The notes: a model not told the origin generated them from the letters alone. DNA of 63,698 nucleotides, filler included, from Limisphaerales bacterium (GCA_044225505.1; 4 parts of 4 records of this genome joined end to end with filler, not necessarily neighbours in it), one strand, 5' to 3'; positions 1 through 11,350 are shown, counted from the first letter of the whole stretch. Translations and numbers: made by a program.

Positions 1-1467
1 CAACCGTTTCCCATTTGTGATCTGGTGATTCATCCTGTTGACGGTTCGATGCTGCTGGTGGTGGGGGGACGCGGAGCTCAATCTGCACTCTATCGAGTGT
101 CGTATGCGGGAAATGAATCGACGGCGTCGGGTGTGCCCGACACCCGGTTGCAAGCCGAGCGCAATGTCCGGCATAGCCTTGAGGCGTTTCACGGCAAGAA
201 AGATCCCGCCGCTGTGGGAGCAGTTTGGCCGCACCTTGCCGATCAGGATCGAGCTACGCGCTACGCTGCGCGCCTCGCGCTCGAGTGGCAGGACGTCTCC
301 GAATGGCAGGAAAAAGCGCTCGCCGAGACCGATGCACGGAAGGCCATCGCCAGCCTCGTTTCCCTGATCCGCGTTAGTGGGAAGGACGCCACCCATCGAA
401 AGGATTCCGACCCGGCCCCGAATCCAACGCTGCGGTCACGTATCCTAGAGGCGCTCGATCGCGTTCGCTGGGAAAGCTTGGGCCTGAGCGACCGGACCGA
501 CCTTCTACGGGCTTATTCCCTAGCCTTGATCCGGCTCGGTAAGCCGGACGAATCGACGCAGGCCAGGCTGATTGCGCGTCTGGATCCTTGGTTCCCCTCC
601 AAGCAGACCGAAACCGACGCACTCTTGGCGCATTTGCTGATTTATTTGGAGGCACCCAGTGCTGCCACCAAGGTGGTGGCGGCGCTTCGCGTTGCCCCGA
701 CACAAGAAGAGCAGATCGACTACGCCGTAGCGTTGCGATCGTTGAAGACGGGGTGGACGAAACCGTTGCGGGAAGAGTATTTCCAATGGTTTGTTAAGGC
801 TGAAGCCTACCGAGGCGGCAACACCTTCGCGAGTTCGCTCCGACGCGCCAAGGGCAATGCCGTTGATCTGTTGACCGCGGACGTAAAACAGGCGCTCCAA
901 CCGATCCTGGAAGCCCGAGTGGAACGGAAGTCGCCGAGGGAAGCATTAGCGGAACGCCCGCTCGTGAAAGAATGGAAGCTTCAAGAACTGCTGCCTTTGG
1001 TGGAAGCCAGATTGAAAGAGCAACGTGATTTAGAGCGTGGTCGCAGACTTTACGGCGCGATTGCTTGTTCAGCTTGCCATCGCTTCGTCAATGAAGGAGG
1101 CGCGGTGGGTCCAGAACTGACGGGTGTCGGAGGACGCTTCAGCGTGCACGATCTGCTGGAGTCTGTCGTGGAGCCGAGCAAAGTGATCAGCGACCAGTAC
1201 CAAGCCGTCAATATTCGATTGAAGAACGGCGACGTGGTCAATGGCCGAGTCGGAAACTTGAGCGGGGCAAATCTGAACGTGGTGGAAGATATGTTCGATC
1301 CGGGACGTATGACCAATGTCCGCCGCTCGGAAATCGAATCTATCGACCCGTCGACGGTCTCCATGATGCCGGAAGGGTTATTGAATTCCCTTCATGAGGA
1401 TGAGGTCGCGGATCTTGTCGCCTACTTGATCTCCGGTGGCAGGGTTCTGCAAGCGCGATCGCAATGA
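1..1467 (+). CDS. PVC-type heme-binding (CxxCH) protein with HEAT-like region, 5'-partial
   Basis: Frame is open from position 1. C-terminal GRRLYGAIACSACH...GGAVGPELTGVG...ESVVEPSKVISDQY...SMMPEGL...DLVAYL is the typical Planctomycete/Verrucomicrobia heme-binding domain. Confidence 0.85.
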   Translation, partial: QPFPICDLVIHPVDGSMLLVVGGRGAQSALYRVSYAGNESTASGVPDTRLQAERNVRHSLEAFHGKKDPAAVGAVWPHLADQDRATRYAARLALEWQDVSEWQEKALAETDARKAIASLVSLIRVSGKDATHRKDSDPAPNPTLRSRILEALDRVRWESLGLSDRTDLLRAYSLALIRLGKPDESTQARLIARLDPWFPSKQTETDALLAHLLIYLEAPSAATKVVAALRVAPTQEEQIDYAVALRSLKTGWTKPLREEYFQWFVKAEAYRGGNTFASSLRRAKGNAVDLLTADVKQALQPILEARVERKSPREALAERPLVKEWKLQELLPLVEARLKEQRDLERGRRLYGAIACSACHRFVNEGGAVGPELTGVGGRFSVHDLLESVVEPSKVISDQYQAVNIRLKNGDVVNGRVGNLSGANLNVVEDMFDPGRMTNVRRSEIESIDPSTVSMMPEGLLNSLHEDEVADLVAYLISGGRVLQARSQ

Positions 1468-1547
1468 GCTGAACTCGCGTAAAATCCTGGAAATGGCTGC
1501 AGGCTGAGGTTGCGACCCGCTGCGAGGCGAGCCATGCTCCTCCCTGC

Positions 1548-4337
1548 TTGAAAGGTACATTGCTGCAGTGGAGGCGGAACGCTCTGGCTTGCGCCATGGT
1601 CATGGCGGGATGGGTCGTCCTTTGGTCTTTTGTTTCTCTGGGTGCGGAGGGGGTCCGAGAACGACAACTCGTTTCTGATGCCGATTTCCAGCAAGGACTG
1701 ATTCTATGGAAGCCGCGACCTGGCGCTCACGATCCCTATGGAGAGGTGGTCGGTTTTTCGACGAACGCTCCTCGTTGGGGTTTGTCGCAATGGAACAGTC
1801 GTTGGCCGGTGGATGCGACAACGAATGCGATCAACAGCAGTCCATCGCGAACCGTCCGTAATGCGGCCAAGTCGATCCAGTTCGGCGCAGCGGGTGCGCA
1901 GCTATCTCTGGCGGCGAACACGGCGGTCGAATACGGATCTAGAGCCCGCCAACGTCTGGATCCTTGGGTACACCTTTTGGTCGAACAGGAGTTTCTGACT
2001 CCGGTGTTTTTGCAGTCCCTGGTTTGGGCAAGATTCCACTTAGAGACCAAACTTGTTCGCGCTCGCAACCTTCATCAAGGGGACTATGACCCCGGAATTC
2101 ATGCAGCGCAGTTTCAACTGTTCTTCACAATTCAGAACCGAAACCGCCAGTCGTCGGGCTGGGGCGATTTCCTTTGGTTTGGGATTCCGATCTTCGACAA
2201 CCGACATCGACATCCCCCCGAGTTCAAATCACAGGATTTCGGGGGCACAGGAAAATACATTTTCACTCCGGCCGCGACCCTGTTCACCTCCCGTAGCACC
2301 CATGACGAAGCGTGGGTGGTGATCGATCAAGACCTGAGACCTCTGCTGCTTGAGTCCTTGGAAACTGCGTGGGCGAAGGGATTTCTCCAGGATTCCAAGA
2401 GTCTGGCGGACTATGCGATCAGCGGGATGAATATGGGTTGGGAGTTGCCTGGCACGTTTGACGTCGCGATGGAAACTCGAGGCTTAAGCGTTACAGTCGC
2501 GGAGCGTGTGGATAGGGAAGTTACCGTATCGTCGGATGACACTCGGCTGTTGCCCAAAAAAGAGCTTCCCCTCCCCGGTAGGGTATTAACGGTCGCAGGC
2601 CAGACGGCCTTTGTGATTCCAGCTGGAGAGAGTGCTGCGGCTCACGCCAAGCCATGGGTTTGGTATGCGCCCACGCTCCCGGGATTGCCCGGTCCAGAGG
2701 AACAGTGGATGTTCCGACGGTTTTTGCAGGCGGGGATCGCAGTGGCAGGAATCGATGTTGGAGAATCCTATGGGAGTCCGGCGGGACAACAACTCTTCAC
2801 CGAGTTTTATCGCGCGATGACGGAACGCGGCTACTCGCCGAGGCCTGTCCTGCTCGGACGCAGCCGTGGGGGGCTGATGACACTTTCCTGGGCTACTACG
2901 CATCCAAGCCAAGTGGGTGGCTTCGCCGGAATTTACCCAGTCTGCGATCTCGCAAGTTACCCGGGCGTCGATAAGGCCGCGCTTGCGTATAGAATGTCCG
3001 CACAGGAATTGGCGATGCACCTTCAGGAGTACAATCCGATCGATCAGCTCGCTTCTTTGGCGAAGGCAAACGTTCCACTGTTTGCGATTCACGGCGACGT
3101 CGATACCGTGGTGCCGTTAAGCGATAACTCGGGCAAGATGCGGGATCGCTACAAAGAGCTCGGCGGATCGATGGAGTTGATCGTGGCTTCCGGCCAAGGT
3201 CACAACATGTGGCCGGGTTTCTTTCAAAACGAGGAACTAGTCAAGTTTGTTAAAGCGCATGCCGGACCGACGATCACGGTGAACTCGCCAGTCGACTTCG
3301 CGGTCATCCAACGGAAAGACCGCACCACAGGAATACTGAACCTGCGCGGCGAAATTTCCGGAATCGACGATGGCGACCTCATGCTTGAAGCCCGGTTAAT
3401 CGTTGGTGGCAAGCCAACGCCATGGCGCCAGATTTCGATGAACTTTGAGAAAAAGGCTTTTGCGATGCTTTGGGAGGCGCCTGCTGGCGGTTGGCACCGA
3501 TTGGAAATCCGTGCGGTGTCGGGACGGGGTGTGATCACGGAAACCGTTGTCGAGCACGTGGGAGTTGGCGAGGTGTTTGTTGTTGCGGGTCAATCCAACT
3601 CGGCCAATCACGGTTCCGAGAAGCAAACCAGCGCGACGGGTCTGGTAGCGGCGTTCGATGGTCAGGGTTGGCAACTGGCCAATGACCCGCAGCCCGGAGC
3701 CAGTGGCGGAGGAGGCAGTTTTCTTCCACCGTTCGGAGATCTCCTCGTTCAGGATTTTAAAGTGCCGGTGGGGTTCGTGGCGTGTGGCGTGGGTGCAACC
3801 AGCGTTCGCGAGTGGCTTCCCAAAGGGTCAACATTTCCCCATCCTCCGACGCTTACGAATCATGTTATAGCACGGGCCGATGGCACGTGGGAGAGTAACG
3901 GCGAGATTTACGATCGATTCATTGAGCGCATGCGACAATTGGACACGTCGGGCTTTCGTGCGGTGCTCTGGCATCAAGGAGAAAGCGATGCGCATCAAGA
4001 CGACGTGGAACGTACTCTTCCCGGGGAACTCTACCGACAGTATCTAACTCAACTCATCCGGGACTTCCAGCGCGCTATGGGATGGCCCTCGCCCTGGTTT
4101 GTGGCGCAGGCGAGCTATCATCACCCGGGCGACGAAGGGTCGCCTGACATTCGAGCGGCTCAAGCGGCGCTATGGGAGAGTGGCATTGCCATGGAAGGCC
4201 CAGACACAGACGCCATCAAAGGCGACTTTCGGGATGACGCTGGCCGCGGCGTGCATTTCAGCGGCCCTGGATTGCGTGAACACGCGGCGCGTTGGTTCAG
4301 TAAAGTCGCTCCCTGGGTTGAATCTCGGTTGCAGTGA
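1548..4337 (+). CDS. Secreted three-module protein: unknown N-terminal domain, alpha/beta hydrolase, and SGNH sialate O-acetylesterase-like domain
   Basis: Hydrophobic N-terminus. The middle has GRSRGG, HGDVD and GQGH (Ser-Asp-His). The C-terminus has VGVGEVFVVAGQSNS, WHQGESD and GVHF. The TTG start is uncertain. Confidence 0.75.
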   Translation: MKGTLLQWRRNALACAMVMAGWVVLWSFVSLGAEGVRERQLVSDADFQQGLILWKPRPGAHDPYGEVVGFSTNAPRWGLSQWNSRWPVDATTNAINSSPSRTVRNAAKSIQFGAAGAQLSLAANTAVEYGSRARQRLDPWVHLLVEQEFLTPVFLQSLVWARFHLETKLVRARNLHQGDYDPGIHAAQFQLFFTIQNRNRQSSGWGDFLWFGIPIFDNRHRHPPEFKSQDFGGTGKYIFTPAATLFTSRSTHDEAWVVIDQDLRPLLLESLETAWAKGFLQDSKSLADYAISGMNMGWELPGTFDVAMETRGLSVTVAERVDREVTVSSDDTRLLPKKELPLPGRVLTVAGQTAFVIPAGESAAAHAKPWVWYAPTLPGLPGPEEQWMFRRFLQAGIAVAGIDVGESYGSPAGQQLFTEFYRAMTERGYSPRPVLLGRSRGGLMTLSWATTHPSQVGGFAGIYPVCDLASYPGVDKAALAYRMSAQELAMHLQEYNPIDQLASLAKANVPLFAIHGDVDTVVPLSDNSGKMRDRYKELGGSMELIVASGQGHNMWPGFFQNEELVKFVKAHAGPTITVNSPVDFAVIQRKDRTTGILNLRGEISGIDDGDLMLEARLIVGGKPTPWRQISMNFEKKAFAMLWEAPAGGWHRLEIRAVSGRGVITETVVEHVGVGEVFVVAGQSNSANHGSEKQTSATGLVAAFDGQGWQLANDPQPGASGGGGSFLPPFGDLLVQDFKVPVGFVACGVGATSVREWLPKGSTFPHPPTLTNHVIARADGTWESNGEIYDRFIERMRQLDTSGFRAVLWHQGESDAHQDDVERTLPGELYRQYLTQLIRDFQRAMGWPSPWFVAQASYHHPGDEGSPDIRAAQAALWESGIAMEGPDTDAIKGDFRDDAGRGVHFSGPGLREHAARWFSKVAPWVESRLQ

Positions 4338-4382
4338 AGTCCGCCGCTTGACGGCGACTGGCATGGGTTCATAGTGGGGCGC

Positions 4383-6089
4383 ATGCCAGCTCTCAAACGC
4401 TTCTTGGCTTCTTTCGCATGCTTCGCACTAACCGAATGGGCGACCGTCGCAGCGGATTTATCCGTCCCGGACGGGATCTTGTTCGAAAGCGGAGTTGAGT
4501 ACGCAAACCCGGACAATCAGCATCTCCAACTCAACGTCGCGCGGCCCAAAGCGCCGGGTAAATCCTTGCCATGCGTTTTGTGCATTCACGGCGGCGGCTT
4601 TCGAGCTGGTAACCGCGACTCGAACAATTCCCTACTCATCAAGCTGGCGAGCCGCGGCTACGTAGCGGTCTCGGCCAGTTACCGACTGGCTCCGAAATAT
4701 CCTTTTCCCGCAGCGATCTTTGACGTGAAAGGAGCGGTCCGATGGTTGAAAGCTAACGCGGTGAAGTATCAGATCGACCCGGATCGGATTGGAGTCACCG
4801 GAGATTCGGCTGGCGGGCATTTAGCCCAGTTCTTGGGTGTCACCGCGGATCAGCGACAGTTTGAAGGTGACGAGGGCAACGAGGGGCAATCCAGTCGGGT
4901 GGCCTGCGTCGTCAATCGCTACGGACCCAGTGACTTCACGAGGTCATATGGGAAGAGCGTCGATGCGGCCGAGGTTTTGCCTCTTTGGTTAGGAGGAAAC
5001 TTGGAACAAGCTCGCGAGAAACATATCCAGTCCAGCCCATTGAACTGGGTAACGCCAGCGGCCGCGCCCACTTTGATCCTGCACGGAACGGAAGACAACT
5101 ATGTGGCGTATGAACAGGGCCTTTGGATGCGTGACCGCCTGAAAGACTGCGGCGTCTTAGTTGAAATGGTGACACTGGAAGGTGCGGGTCACGGCTTTAA
5201 AGGGGCCGATGCAGAGAAGGCTGAGTCCGCGATGTTCGCGTTTCTCGACCGCCAGTTGAAGCGAACGGAGCTGGACGGAAAAATGAAAGTGCACCAGGAC
5301 CTTTCCTATACGACTTCGGACGATTCGCGCCAAAAACTCGATGTCTACACGCTCGAAGGTGGGCGAGCGATGCCCGTAGTCTTTTGGATTCATGGCGGCG
5401 GTTGGCAGGCTGGCGACCGAACGAGCGTGCAGATTAAGCCGAAAGCATTTGTCGAAAAAGGCTTTGTCTTTGTCTCCACTGGTTATCGTTTGCTCCCGAA
5501 CGTCGAAATGCGGGATATCTTCCAAGACGTCGCGAAATCGCTGCATTGGGTCCACGAGCACATTGCTGAGTTTGGAGGGGATCCGAACCGCATCCTGGTG
5601 ATGGGGCATTCTGCAGGAGCGCAGTTGGCTGCGTTGCTCTCGATTGACGAACGCTACCTAAAGGCCGAAGGCGTTAGTCTCGAGTCGATCAAGGGGTGTG
5701 TGCCGGTGGACGGGGATACCTACGACGTTCCTGCGATCATCGAGACGGCTGAAACCCGATGGCGTGTGCATGGGTTGCCTCGTTCGAAATGGGGGCATCG
5801 AGAGAAGTTTGGAAATGATCCGGCAAAGCATCGCGACTATTCGGCCGTGACTCATATTTCCCAAGGGAAAGGCATTCCGCCATTCCTGATTCTTCATGTG
5901 GCGGATCACCCGGACACAGGCGCGCAAGCGCAGCGTCTAGAAGCGGCGCTCAAGAGTGCCGGGGTTTCGGTCAAGCGTGTTGGCGTCAGGCAAACGGATC
6001 ATTCCAAGCTCAACGAGAGCCTGGGAAGACCGGACGACCCTGCCACCCGCGTCCTCCTCGAGTTCGCTTCCGAAGCTGTGCGGCAATGA
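4383..6089 (+). CDS. Tandem double alpha/beta hydrolase (HSL/BD-FAE-like carboxylesterase)
   Basis: Signal peptide followed by two domains, each with HGGG and GxSAG (IHGGGF/GDSAGG and IHGGGW/GHSAGA). Confidence 0.85.
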   Translation: MPALKRFLASFACFALTEWATVAADLSVPDGILFESGVEYANPDNQHLQLNVARPKAPGKSLPCVLCIHGGGFRAGNRDSNNSLLIKLASRGYVAVSASYRLAPKYPFPAAIFDVKGAVRWLKANAVKYQIDPDRIGVTGDSAGGHLAQFLGVTADQRQFEGDEGNEGQSSRVACVVNRYGPSDFTRSYGKSVDAAEVLPLWLGGNLEQAREKHIQSSPLNWVTPAAAPTLILHGTEDNYVAYEQGLWMRDRLKDCGVLVEMVTLEGAGHGFKGADAEKAESAMFAFLDRQLKRTELDGKMKVHQDLSYTTSDDSRQKLDVYTLEGGRAMPVVFWIHGGGWQAGDRTSVQIKPKAFVEKGFVFVSTGYRLLPNVEMRDIFQDVAKSLHWVHEHIAEFGGDPNRILVMGHSAGAQLAALLSIDERYLKAEGVSLESIKGCVPVDGDTYDVPAIIETAETRWRVHGLPRSKWGHREKFGNDPAKHRDYSAVTHISQGKGIPPFLILHVADHPDTGAQAQRLEAALKSAGVSVKRVGVRQTDHSKLNESLGRPDDPATRVLLEFASEAVRQ

Positions 6090-6193
6090 TTCACCTCGAC
6101 GCAAACGGGCCAGCCGACAGCGACGCTAAACGAAAGGACGGAATCGGCCTCATCGGCCACGCCCTCTGTGCAACGCGTCGTTAGACGGGAACA

Positions 6194-6214
6194 GGAGCCG
6201 TGTCGTTCGGCTCC
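6194..6214. terminator. Hairpin between the convergent esterase and araA genes
   Basis: GGAGCCG-tgtcgtt-CGGCTCC 7-bp stem with only a weak U-tract. Confidence 0.3.
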
Positions 6215-6226
6215 CGGTTGATCAAG

Positions 6227-7738
6227 TTAGGCAACAAATCCCCGCTTCAGGCCGTAAGCGACTTCGTTCCACTCCAGCTCTTGCCGGAAGCCGCGCAAGC
6301 GCGTGTCAGCATCAATGAGCGTAAGTTCCATCCCTGCGATTTGGGCGAAGTCTTCGAGCATCTCGGTGGTGACGGCCTGGCTGAAGCCGGTGTGGTGGGC
6401 ACCGCCGGCGTAGATCCAACTGGCGCACGCCGTCTCAAAGTTAGGTTTCGGTTGCCAGAGCACGCGCGCGACGGGGAGCTTGGGCATCGGAAGATCAGGC
6501 GTGACGGCATCGACTTCGTTAACGAGAAGGCGAAATCGGTTTCCGAGATCAATCAACGAGGCATTAAGTGCTGGACCGGCTGGAGTTCCAAACACCAGAC
6601 GCGCGGGATCGGCTTTGCCGCCAATGCCCAGAGGGTGCACTTGAAGCGAGGGTTTGCCGTCGGCGATGGAGGGACAAATCTCGAGCATGTGTGCACCCAG
6701 GACCGTCTTCCCGCCTGGGACCAAGTGATACGTGTAGTCTTCCATGAAGGAGGTGCCTCCAGGTAGTCCCGTCGCCATGACTTTCATGGCCCGGAGCAGC
6801 GCCGCCGTTTTCCAGTCACCTTCAGCGCCGAAGCCATAACCATCCGCCATGAGACGTTGCGGAGCCAGGCCAGGGAGTTGCACCAGACCATGGAGGTCTT
6901 CAAAGGTTGTCGTAAAGCCTTTGAACCCGCCCTGTTCCAGGAAAGCGCGCAGGCCTAACTCGATGCGGGCCGCTTCTCGAATCGATTTGGCTCGGCGTCC
7001 TCCGCGGCGCAAATCGGGTGCGACTTCGTATTGCGCCTCATACTGGCCGACGAGTTTCGCAACCTGTGTCTCGGAAACTTCACTGACTTTCGCGACAAGG
7101 TCTCCTACGCCATAGCCATTGACAGAGTAGCCAAACGTCATTTGGGCAGAGACCTTATCGCCTTCCGTGACGGCGACTTCACGCATATTATCGCCGAAGC
7201 GGGCGAACTTGGCGCCTTGCCAGTCATGCCACGCACTGGCCGCACGGCACCAGGCTCCAATGCGTTGCTGGGTGGCTTCCTCTTGCCAGAATCCAACCAC
7301 CACCTTTCGGTTAAGGCGCATCCGCGACATGATGAACCCATGCTCGCGATCTCCATGGGCTGCTTGATTCAGGTTCATGAAATCCATGTCGATGCTTGAC
7401 CACGGAATATCGCGATTGAATTGCGTGTGCAGATGGAGCAGGGGCTTGCGGATTCGCTTCAGCCCATTGATCCACATTTTTGACGGCGAGAAAGTATGGC
7501 ACCAGGAGATCAACCCAATGCACTGCGCCGCACTATTTGCTTCTTCGCAGACTGTCGTGATCGCGTCGGGGGTAGTTACGACGGGCTTAAATACGACCTT
7601 CACTGGAATGGCAAACGCTCGATTCAACGCCGTGGCAATCGCTTGTGAATCCTTGGCCACTTGTTTTAACGTTGTCGGGCCGTAGAGATGCTGGCTGCCA
7701 GTGATGAACCAGGCTTCCAAATGCTTCAAATTCTTCAT
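6227..7738 (-). CDS. araA: L-arabinose isomerase
   Basis: [60 protein letters not shown] and GGAHHT motifs; 503 aa. Confidence 0.96.
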   Translation of the reverse strand: MKNLKHLEAWFITGSQHLYGPTTLKQVAKDSQAIATALNRAFAIPVKVVFKPVVTTPDAITTVCEEANSAAQCIGLISWCHTFSPSKMWINGLKRIRKPLLHLHTQFNRDIPWSSIDMDFMNLNQAAHGDREHGFIMSRMRLNRKVVVGFWQEEATQQRIGAWCRAASAWHDWQGAKFARFGDNMREVAVTEGDKVSAQMTFGYSVNGYGVGDLVAKVSEVSETQVAKLVGQYEAQYEVAPDLRRGGRRAKSIREAARIELGLRAFLEQGGFKGFTTTFEDLHGLVQLPGLAPQRLMADGYGFGAEGDWKTAALLRAMKVMATGLPGGTSFMEDYTYHLVPGGKTVLGAHMLEICPSIADGKPSLQVHPLGIGGKADPARLVFGTPAGPALNASLIDLGNRFRLLVNEVDAVTPDLPMPKLPVARVLWQPKPNFETACASWIYAGGAHHTGFSQAVTTEMLEDFAQIAGMELTLIDADTRLRGFRQELEWNEVAYGLKRGFVA

Positions 7739-7900
7739 TGGTTAATTCGTGCCGGACGGCGCGAAAGGCGCTTCGTCTGGACGGGCTCAAGATTCGAGCA
7801 GCGGCAGATCAAAGCCAACGCCAAATTGCGCAATAAGTTCACCAATTTGCGGCTCTTGAGGCAGGGCCGTCACGGTTTGCGGCCAGGGCCAGCGTGCCTA

Positions 7901-8602
7901 TTAGAGCAGGTTTTCCGCCTTGGCGATGTCCGGAACGGTACCGGTCTGGAACCAGCGGCCATGATGCGGCAAACACACGAGACGACCTTGCTTGAGGGCC
8001 TGGGTCCAAAGGACCTTGACACTGAACTTCCCTGCGGGAGAGTCGACGAGCAGGCGCGGGTGCATGATCCCAACTCCAGCAATAATGTAAGGAGCCTCGG
8101 CGTCATTCCACTCCCGAGTGTTACTCCGCAAAACAAAGCGATCGTCCTCGCCCTTGTCGTAACCGACGGCCTTGGACTTCGATTGTACCAGCAGCAAAAT
8201 ATCCATCTGGGTTTCGTCCCATTGTTTCGTTAAACGGTCCAGAGCCGTTGTTTCCGTGTCGGTCCAGATAATGTCGCTGTTGATGACGAAGAAAGGCTCG
8301 TTTCCAAGAAGGGGCAAAGCTTTTTTCAGGCCTCCGCCAGTTTCCAGCGGTTCGGCTTCATCGGAAAGATGAACGGCCAGTCCAGGAACTCTCGCGAGAT
8401 AGTCGATCAGTCGGTCGCGAAGGTGAGACACATTAACGACAACCTTCTTAATCCCGTAATCTCTAAGCTTGTCGAACGCGTATTCGATCATCGGCTTGCC
8501 CGCGACAGGGACCAAAGGCTTCGGCGTTTGATTCGTTAACGGTTTCAACCGAGTGCCATATCCCGCGGCCAAAACCATCGCCGTTTCAATTCTACGATGC
8601 AT
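7901..8602 (-). CDS. murU: N-acetylmuramate alpha-1-phosphate uridylyltransferase (nucleotidyltransferase)
   Basis: AMVLAAGYGTRLKPLTNQTPKPL, LETGGGLKKALPLLG and NSDI motifs; overlaps the upstream amgK-like gene. Confidence 0.8.
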   Translation of the reverse strand: MHRRIETAMVLAAGYGTRLKPLTNQTPKPLVPVAGKPMIEYAFDKLRDYGIKKVVVNVSHLRDRLIDYLARVPGLAVHLSDEAEPLETGGGLKKALPLLGNEPFFVINSDIIWTDTETTALDRLTKQWDETQMDILLLVQSKSKAVGYDKGEDDRFVLRSNTREWNDAEAPYIIAGVGIMHPRLLVDSPAGKFSVKVLWTQALKQGRLVCLPHHGRWFQTGTVPDIAKAENLL

Positions 8603-9551
8603 GACGAGTGATCCAACGGTTCAAGCGCGACAGAGTGGGATGACGCAGCGCAGACTGCAAGAGTGCGTGCACCCTCGGAGAATGGAGCCTTTTATAGTCG
8701 TGTTTGTTCTCCACTTGGCTAAGGCGTTCAAAAATCGCCAGCACGCGAGTGTGTCGCACCGCAGCCAGGATCGTTAGCGACGTGGTGAACGCCTCTCGAT
8801 CGAGCGTGGGAAACTGCGTGAGATAACGGGACACCATCTTTCGCCGCAGTTCCTCTGGCACATCTCGGCGAGCGTCCTCTAACAGCGACATCAGGTCGTA
8901 AGTTACCGGACCCACATAGGCGTCTTGGAAATCGAGCAACCCGGCGCGCCGCCAGTCAGCGCGTTCCGGAAGCAGCATCAGGTTGGCGGCGTGATAATCA
9001 CGCAGAAGAAGCGATGCCGGGACATGGTGGGCTAGCGGGAGCACTTCACGCCAAAGCTCTCGGAACTCGGCTTTTTCATCCGAAGTCGCTCGCGGAGTGC
9101 ACCAATCTAGATAAAGTTCGAGATCCGCCAGCATACTTTCCGGGTGGTAAGTCCGCCAATTTGCGGGAGCGGCTCCGTCCTGCTGGTGGAGGCGGATCAA
9201 CAGGTCTGTTGCGAGGCAAAATAGTGGCTCGGGCTCGAACCGGCGATCGAGCAACCTGGCAAATGTGTCTTCCCCGTAGTCTTCCAACACCAGAAAGCGG
9301 TTCGCTCGGTCCTGAGCAAGGATTTGCGGGGCGCTAAATCCGAGTTGGCACAGGTGCTGGTCGACCTGGACAAACGGGCCAACCGTTTGGGGGATGGCCG
9401 AAGCATCCATCAAAATCGCGGTGCGATCTTCTTGACGCAGACGGAAGTACTTTCGAACGGAGGCATCGCCCGTAAGCGGTTCCCAAGCGGCGGTGTTCCA
9501 GGCAGTTCCACTCAGGAACTGCTCCGCGTCGGGGTTAAGAGTCGCCATCAC
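8592..9551 (-). CDS. amgK: Anomeric MurNAc/GlcNAc kinase (APH-like phosphotransferase)
   Basis: GDASVRKYFR, LVLEDYG, LRDYHAANLM and LDFQDAYVGPVTYDLMSLLEDAR motifs; paired with murU. Confidence 0.82.
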   Translation of the reverse strand: MMATLNPDAEQFLSGTAWNTAAWEPLTGDASVRKYFRLRQEDRTAILMDASAIPQTVGPFVQVDQHLCQLGFSAPQILAQDRANRFLVLEDYGEDTFARLLDRRFEPEPLFCLATDLLIRLHQQDGAAPANWRTYHPESMLADLELYLDWCTPRATSDEKAEFRELWREVLPLAHHVPASLLLRDYHAANLMLLPERADWRRAGLLDFQDAYVGPVTYDLMSLLEDARRDVPEELRRKMVSRYLTQFPTLDREAFTTSLTILAAVRHTRVLAIFERLSQVENKHDYKRLHSPRVHALLQSALRHPTLSRLNRWITRHAS

Positions 9552-9755
9552 GAACCAGATCGATTAGCACAGCACAGACTCCGCGTCACGTGACTTTCTA
9601 AAAGATTGTGCGTGGCTTCTGCGAGCGGTTCTATCTGCAGATTGTGGCTCGGCCTTTGACGATTCAGTCGGGCGGGGCCCATTTTGATTTTGAGCCCGGC
9701 CTTGGGATCCGGTTGTGACCAGAGGTGCTGAGCCACTGTGACGGGAAGACCCGCG

Positions 9756-10233
9756 TCAGTGTCTGGCCTGGCGCATAGCGCTTTCTTGAAGGAATAGGCG
9801 CTCGGCCTGCTTCGTGAGAGTTTTCTGAGCTACAGTGCCTAGGGCTTGCGCAGCCGGAAGAACCGTTGGATTGACCGCTTGGCCGAGCGCCGTTGCATAA
9901 TCCGGATCTTCGCCGATGAGGGTGATGCCGTGATTTAGATGGGTAAAACGGTTGCCCTGCACTGTCCCGGCGGCACTTTGAGAAATGTAGATCCCATTTT
10001 GATTTCCGATGGCCGTGGGCCCATTCCCCTCGATCACGTTATCTCGAATCGAAAAGGTCAACCGATGCTCGGTCTGGGCCACGTCGCTACCTCGGACGTG
10101 GATGGAATTGCGCTTGAATAGTTGGACGCTCAGAAGGGACGTGGATAACGGCGGCGTGCGCGTTGGGCAGACAAGGCAGAATCCATGCGCCTAAAGCACC
10201 GAGCAGGACGCACGGCGAGAGTTTGTTTTTCAT
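9756..10233 (-). pseudogene. Fragmented secreted right-handed beta-helix (NosD/pectin-lyase-like) protein
   Basis: Signal peptide plus AVIHVPSERPTIQA from the ATG at 10233. The frame changes at about 10110 into IRDNVIEGNGPTAIGNQNGIYISQSAAGTVQGNRF beta-helix repeats, which decay before the stop. Confidence 0.65.
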
Positions 10234-10267
10234 TGAGTTCGATTTACCTGGTTTCTTGGTTCGCTTC

Positions 10268-10298
10268 TCAATGCGAGTTTCTGGGCTTAAACCGGACA
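10268..10298 (-). promoter_or_regulatory. Putative ECF-sigma promoter, copy B
   Basis: Minus strand TGTCCG-gtttaagcccagaaa-CTCGCATTGA, 35 nt upstream of the ATG at 10233; matches copy A. Confidence 0.65.
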
Positions 10299-10391
10299 GG
10301 CATTCCGCAGGGTCCCGTTCGCTGCAGTTTGGCACTTGAGACCTGCACCCACTGCGGACGGAACGATGTCGCTAGTAGCGGCTCTGCCACG

Positions 10392-11315
10392 TTACTCGGA
10401 AATCGCGGGCAACACCGGTAATTTGGCCGGACCGCGGAAGATTCGAGCTCCGGCGTCGCCGACCACATCCTCGGCGGCACTGTATACGCGAGAGCGAATA
10501 CCGGGCTTCAGGTCAGAAGGGCCACGCCATTCAATCCCTCCATGCCCGTCGAGAAGGGCGAGGGTCCGATCTCCGGAAATAGCGATTGTCATCGCGAGAG
10601 TTGGGAGGCTTGGGCCTATCGGTGTCAGATCTGGCAATCGGCAAAGCGAGGCAGCGACTAGCCCATTTATTGCGCCAATGGAGGCAAGCGTCTTTCCGTC
10701 CGGGGTAGAAGCGAGACTGAGAACGACGCCATTGTAGAGGCGACGGGACTGGACATCGAATTCCGGATTCAAACCGACCAAGCGCAACGTGCCGTCGCTG
10801 TAACCCAGGACCAACGCTCGCGCACCTGGTAAAAGCAGAGATTGGGAAATCCTACTATCACGTTGCTGAGGCAAGAGACGCCGCCCGATGCGATCTAAGG
10901 CAGGGGCGGTCCAGAATTCCAGTTCATCCTGCTGCCCCGCGGCGTCGCAAAAGTAACGCACAAACCCGCTTCCGTCCCGCGCCAGTAAGGTGTAGTCCGC
11001 GACTCGTTCAAAACGTAAGCCAGCGTTGATGGAGGGTCCTGAATTCATCGTCCATACCTTGATCTCGCCCTTCCGGCTCGCGCTGGCCAGCCATCGACCA
11101 TCAAGGGAATAATCCAGACTTTCGACTGCGTCGACGTGCCCTCGCAATCTTTTGCCCAGTTCCCCCGATTCCGTGCGCCAGATCCGAATATCACATTCCC
11201 CGCCCGCGACCGGGTCGGTTATCTCAGCCGCCTCAAGAAACAGGTCTCGCAGTGAGGTTTGGCCGGATGCAGTGAACTCGGTTGGAATCTCGGAATCAGC
11301 CGATGGCGTCGCCAT
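10392..11315 (-). pseudogene. Remnant Ser/Thr kinase-WD40 gene with the kinase domain missing
   Basis: Kinase-type N-terminal helix LRDLFLEAAEITDPVA joins directly to a WD40 repeat (DIRIW...LRGHVDAVESLDYSLDGRWLASASRKGEIKVW). No kinase motifs; lies downstream of a TIGR02999-like sigma. Confidence 0.6.
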
Positions 11316-11350
11316 TGGAATTGATGGTTGTTAAACAGGACGCTTTCTCG

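Noticed and set aside
6227..7738. araA without araB/araD as a novel pathway
   Set aside because: Scattered sugar genes are common and the assembly is fragmented.
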